A stretch of DNA of 64,000 nt. Source: an uncultured cyanobacterium. Lineage in GTDB: Bacteria; Cyanobacteriota; Cyanobacteriia; Cyanobacteriales; Nostocaceae. The stretch lies in contig CAVUDP010000002.1 in NCBI GenBank assembly GCA_963740315.1, positions 1,280,001 through 1,344,000 on the forward strand, given 5' to 3'. Below, one piece after another: positions 62,450 to 64,000 of this stretch. The notes under the pieces are model-generated. The model searched no databases and had not been told where the DNA came from. It was given only the letters and a program-made list of their open reading frames with translations. Each line of letters begins with the position of its first letter. The first letter of the stretch is position 1. The translations under genes and the position numbers were made by a program.

Positions 62450-63559
62450 ATGGCGATTATCTCCTCTAAAAAACAGCCCCAGCCTCAAGAACCAGACAAA
62501 GAACCACCTCGCCGAAAGGAAATTGCCGCGTCGCCGAGTGATGAAAATCTTTTGCAACCCGAAGCAGCTAAAGATGAACGGGATAATAATGAAGTTGGTA
62601 TACGTCCACAGCGATTTGCCGATTATATTGGGCAGAAAGATTTAAAAGATGTACTTGACATTGCAGTCAAAGCAGCGAAATCCAGAGGTGAAGTATTAGA
62701 CCACCTGCTGCTTTACGGTCCTCCAGGGCTGGGTAAAACTACAATGGCAATGATTTTAGCATCAGAAATGGGAGTAAATTATAAAATTACCAGCGCTCCT
62801 GCTTTGGAACGTCCTAGAGACATTATGGGATTGTTAGTCAACCTTCAACCTGGAGACATTATCTTTATTGACGAAATTCATCGCCTCTCTCGAATGACCG
62901 AAGAAATATTATATCCGGCGATGGAAGATTATCGTTTAGATATTACTGTAGGTAGAGGTTCTAGCGCTCGTACCCGCAGCATTCCTTTATCAAAATATAC
63001 TTTAATCGGAGCCACAACCCGCGTTGGTGCCCTGAGTTCTCCCCTGCGCGATCGCTTTGGTTTAATTCAAAAACTAAGATTTTATGAAGTAGAAGAACTC
63101 AGTCAAATTGTCTTACGCACCGCTGAATTACTTAAAACTAATGTAACAAAAGATGGGGCATTAGAAATTGGACGTAGGTCGCGAGGAACGCCGCGTATTG
63201 CGAATAGATTACTCAAGCGCGTCCGCGATTATGCTGAAGTAAAATTATCTGGTGCTGTAAATGAAACCGTAGCAGCAGAAGCGCTGCAACTGTTCCAGGT
63301 AGACCCCTGCGGCTTAGATTGGACCGATCGCACCATGTTAAGCGCGATCGTAGAACAATTCAATGGCGGTCCTGTGGGGTTAGACACAATTGCTGCTGCT
63401 ACGGGTGAAGACACACTAACTATTGAAGAAGTATACGAACCGTATTTAATGCAAATTGGTTACTTACAGCGGACTCCACGTGGTAGGGTAGCAACACCTG
63501 CCGCTTACAAGCATTTGGGTTTTAAGCCACCAAACGAACAGTTATCTTTGCTTTCATAA
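62450..63559 (+). CDS. ruvB: Holliday junction branch migration helicase
   Basis: [43 protein letters not shown]. Confidence 0.97.
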   Translation: MAIISSKKQPQPQEPDKEPPRRKEIAASPSDENLLQPEAAKDERDNNEVGIRPQRFADYIGQKDLKDVLDIAVKAAKSRGEVLDHLLLYGPPGLGKTTMAMILASEMGVNYKITSAPALERPRDIMGLLVNLQPGDIIFIDEIHRLSRMTEEILYPAMEDYRLDITVGRGSSARTRSIPLSKYTLIGATTRVGALSSPLRDRFGLIQKLRFYEVEELSQIVLRTAELLKTNVTKDGALEIGRRSRGTPRIANRLLKRVRDYAEVKLSGAVNETVAAEALQLFQVDPCGLDWTDRTMLSAIVEQFNGGPVGLDTIAAATGEDTLTIEEVYEPYLMQIGYLQRTPRGRVATPAAYKHLGFKPPNEQLSLLS

Positions 63560-63663
63560 TTTAAAAATAGTTGTAGAGACTCCGCACTGCGGAGTCTCAT
63601 GTCAGTTAGGAGTTAGGAATTAGAGGATGTTTTCCAAGTATCGTATTTACGCAATTCTCGGAT

Positions 63664-63732
63664 TATCCCCCCTTCCCCCCTTATTAAAGGGGGGTTAAAG
63701 TCCCCCTTTAATAAGGGGGATTTAGGGGGATC
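63664..63732. repeat. CCCCCTT(A/T)nAAGGGGG palindromic repeat element
   Basis: Two nested C/G-run hairpins bracketed by ATCCCCC...GGGGGAT. Confidence 0.6.
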
Positions 63733-63834
63733 GGAAAGTTTATGGTTTTATTTATCAGTTCCCAAACATCCTCTTAGATAATTCAAGCTTACAGACCGTC
63801 TTTTCTATATCAATTTCATTATCAACTAATTATT

Positions 63835-64000
63835 ATGATCAAATTAATCTCCATTTTATTAAGTTTACTTCTAATATTTAGCTGGGTTGAACCTGTTTTT
63901 GCTCTAACAACTCAACCTCCTAACCTGACAAAAGAAGAATTAAAACAACAAGATCGGTTAGCAAACATTGCTTTTGATGCTACTAACAAAGGTGATTTTG
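63835..64000 (+). CDS. 5' part of a secreted protein, truncated by the window edge
   Basis: ATG 63835, MIKLISILLSLLLIFSWVEPVFA signal peptide, open to the edge. Confidence 0.6.
   Translation, partial: MIKLISILLSLLLIFSWVEPVFALTTQPPNLTKEELKQQDRLANIAFDATNKGDF

Overview
AT-rich chromosomal window from a cyanobacterium, most likely heterocyst-forming (Nostocales). Support: frequent HIP1 octamers GCGATCGC, many 7-9 bp short tandem repeats (STRRs), petBD, ctpA, cpcS, nblB, ndhQ and an hglK-like gene. Housekeeping genes (lexA, argF, folE, petBD, hisF, ruvB, tRNA-Thr, tRNA-Ala) are interleaved with four accessory or defence-like blocks. (1) 0.3-15.7 kb: a DNA phosphorothioation locus with dndCDE, two long DGQHR/DndB-family genes, an inserted PLP aminotransferase and a PbeABCD-like helicase/small protein/SMC-ATPase/DndE-like module with no obvious nuclease. 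(2) 18.1-23.0 kb, downstream of tRNA-Thr: a tight operon of TPR-CHAT caspase-like protease, a 120-aa protein, an uncalled 46-aa paralogous microprotein and a 2-TM CorA-like protein. (3) 44.7-46.1 kb: an IscB with its omega/HEARO RNA. (4) 56.6-60.3 kb, near tRNA-Ala: a split NLR/STAND-like locus (NTPase with an in-frame TAG, Apaf-1-helical+WD40 protein, second NTPase). Intergenic DNA is full of REP-like palindromes, a degenerate MITE and STRRs. All assignments come from reading motifs by eye; no database searches were run.
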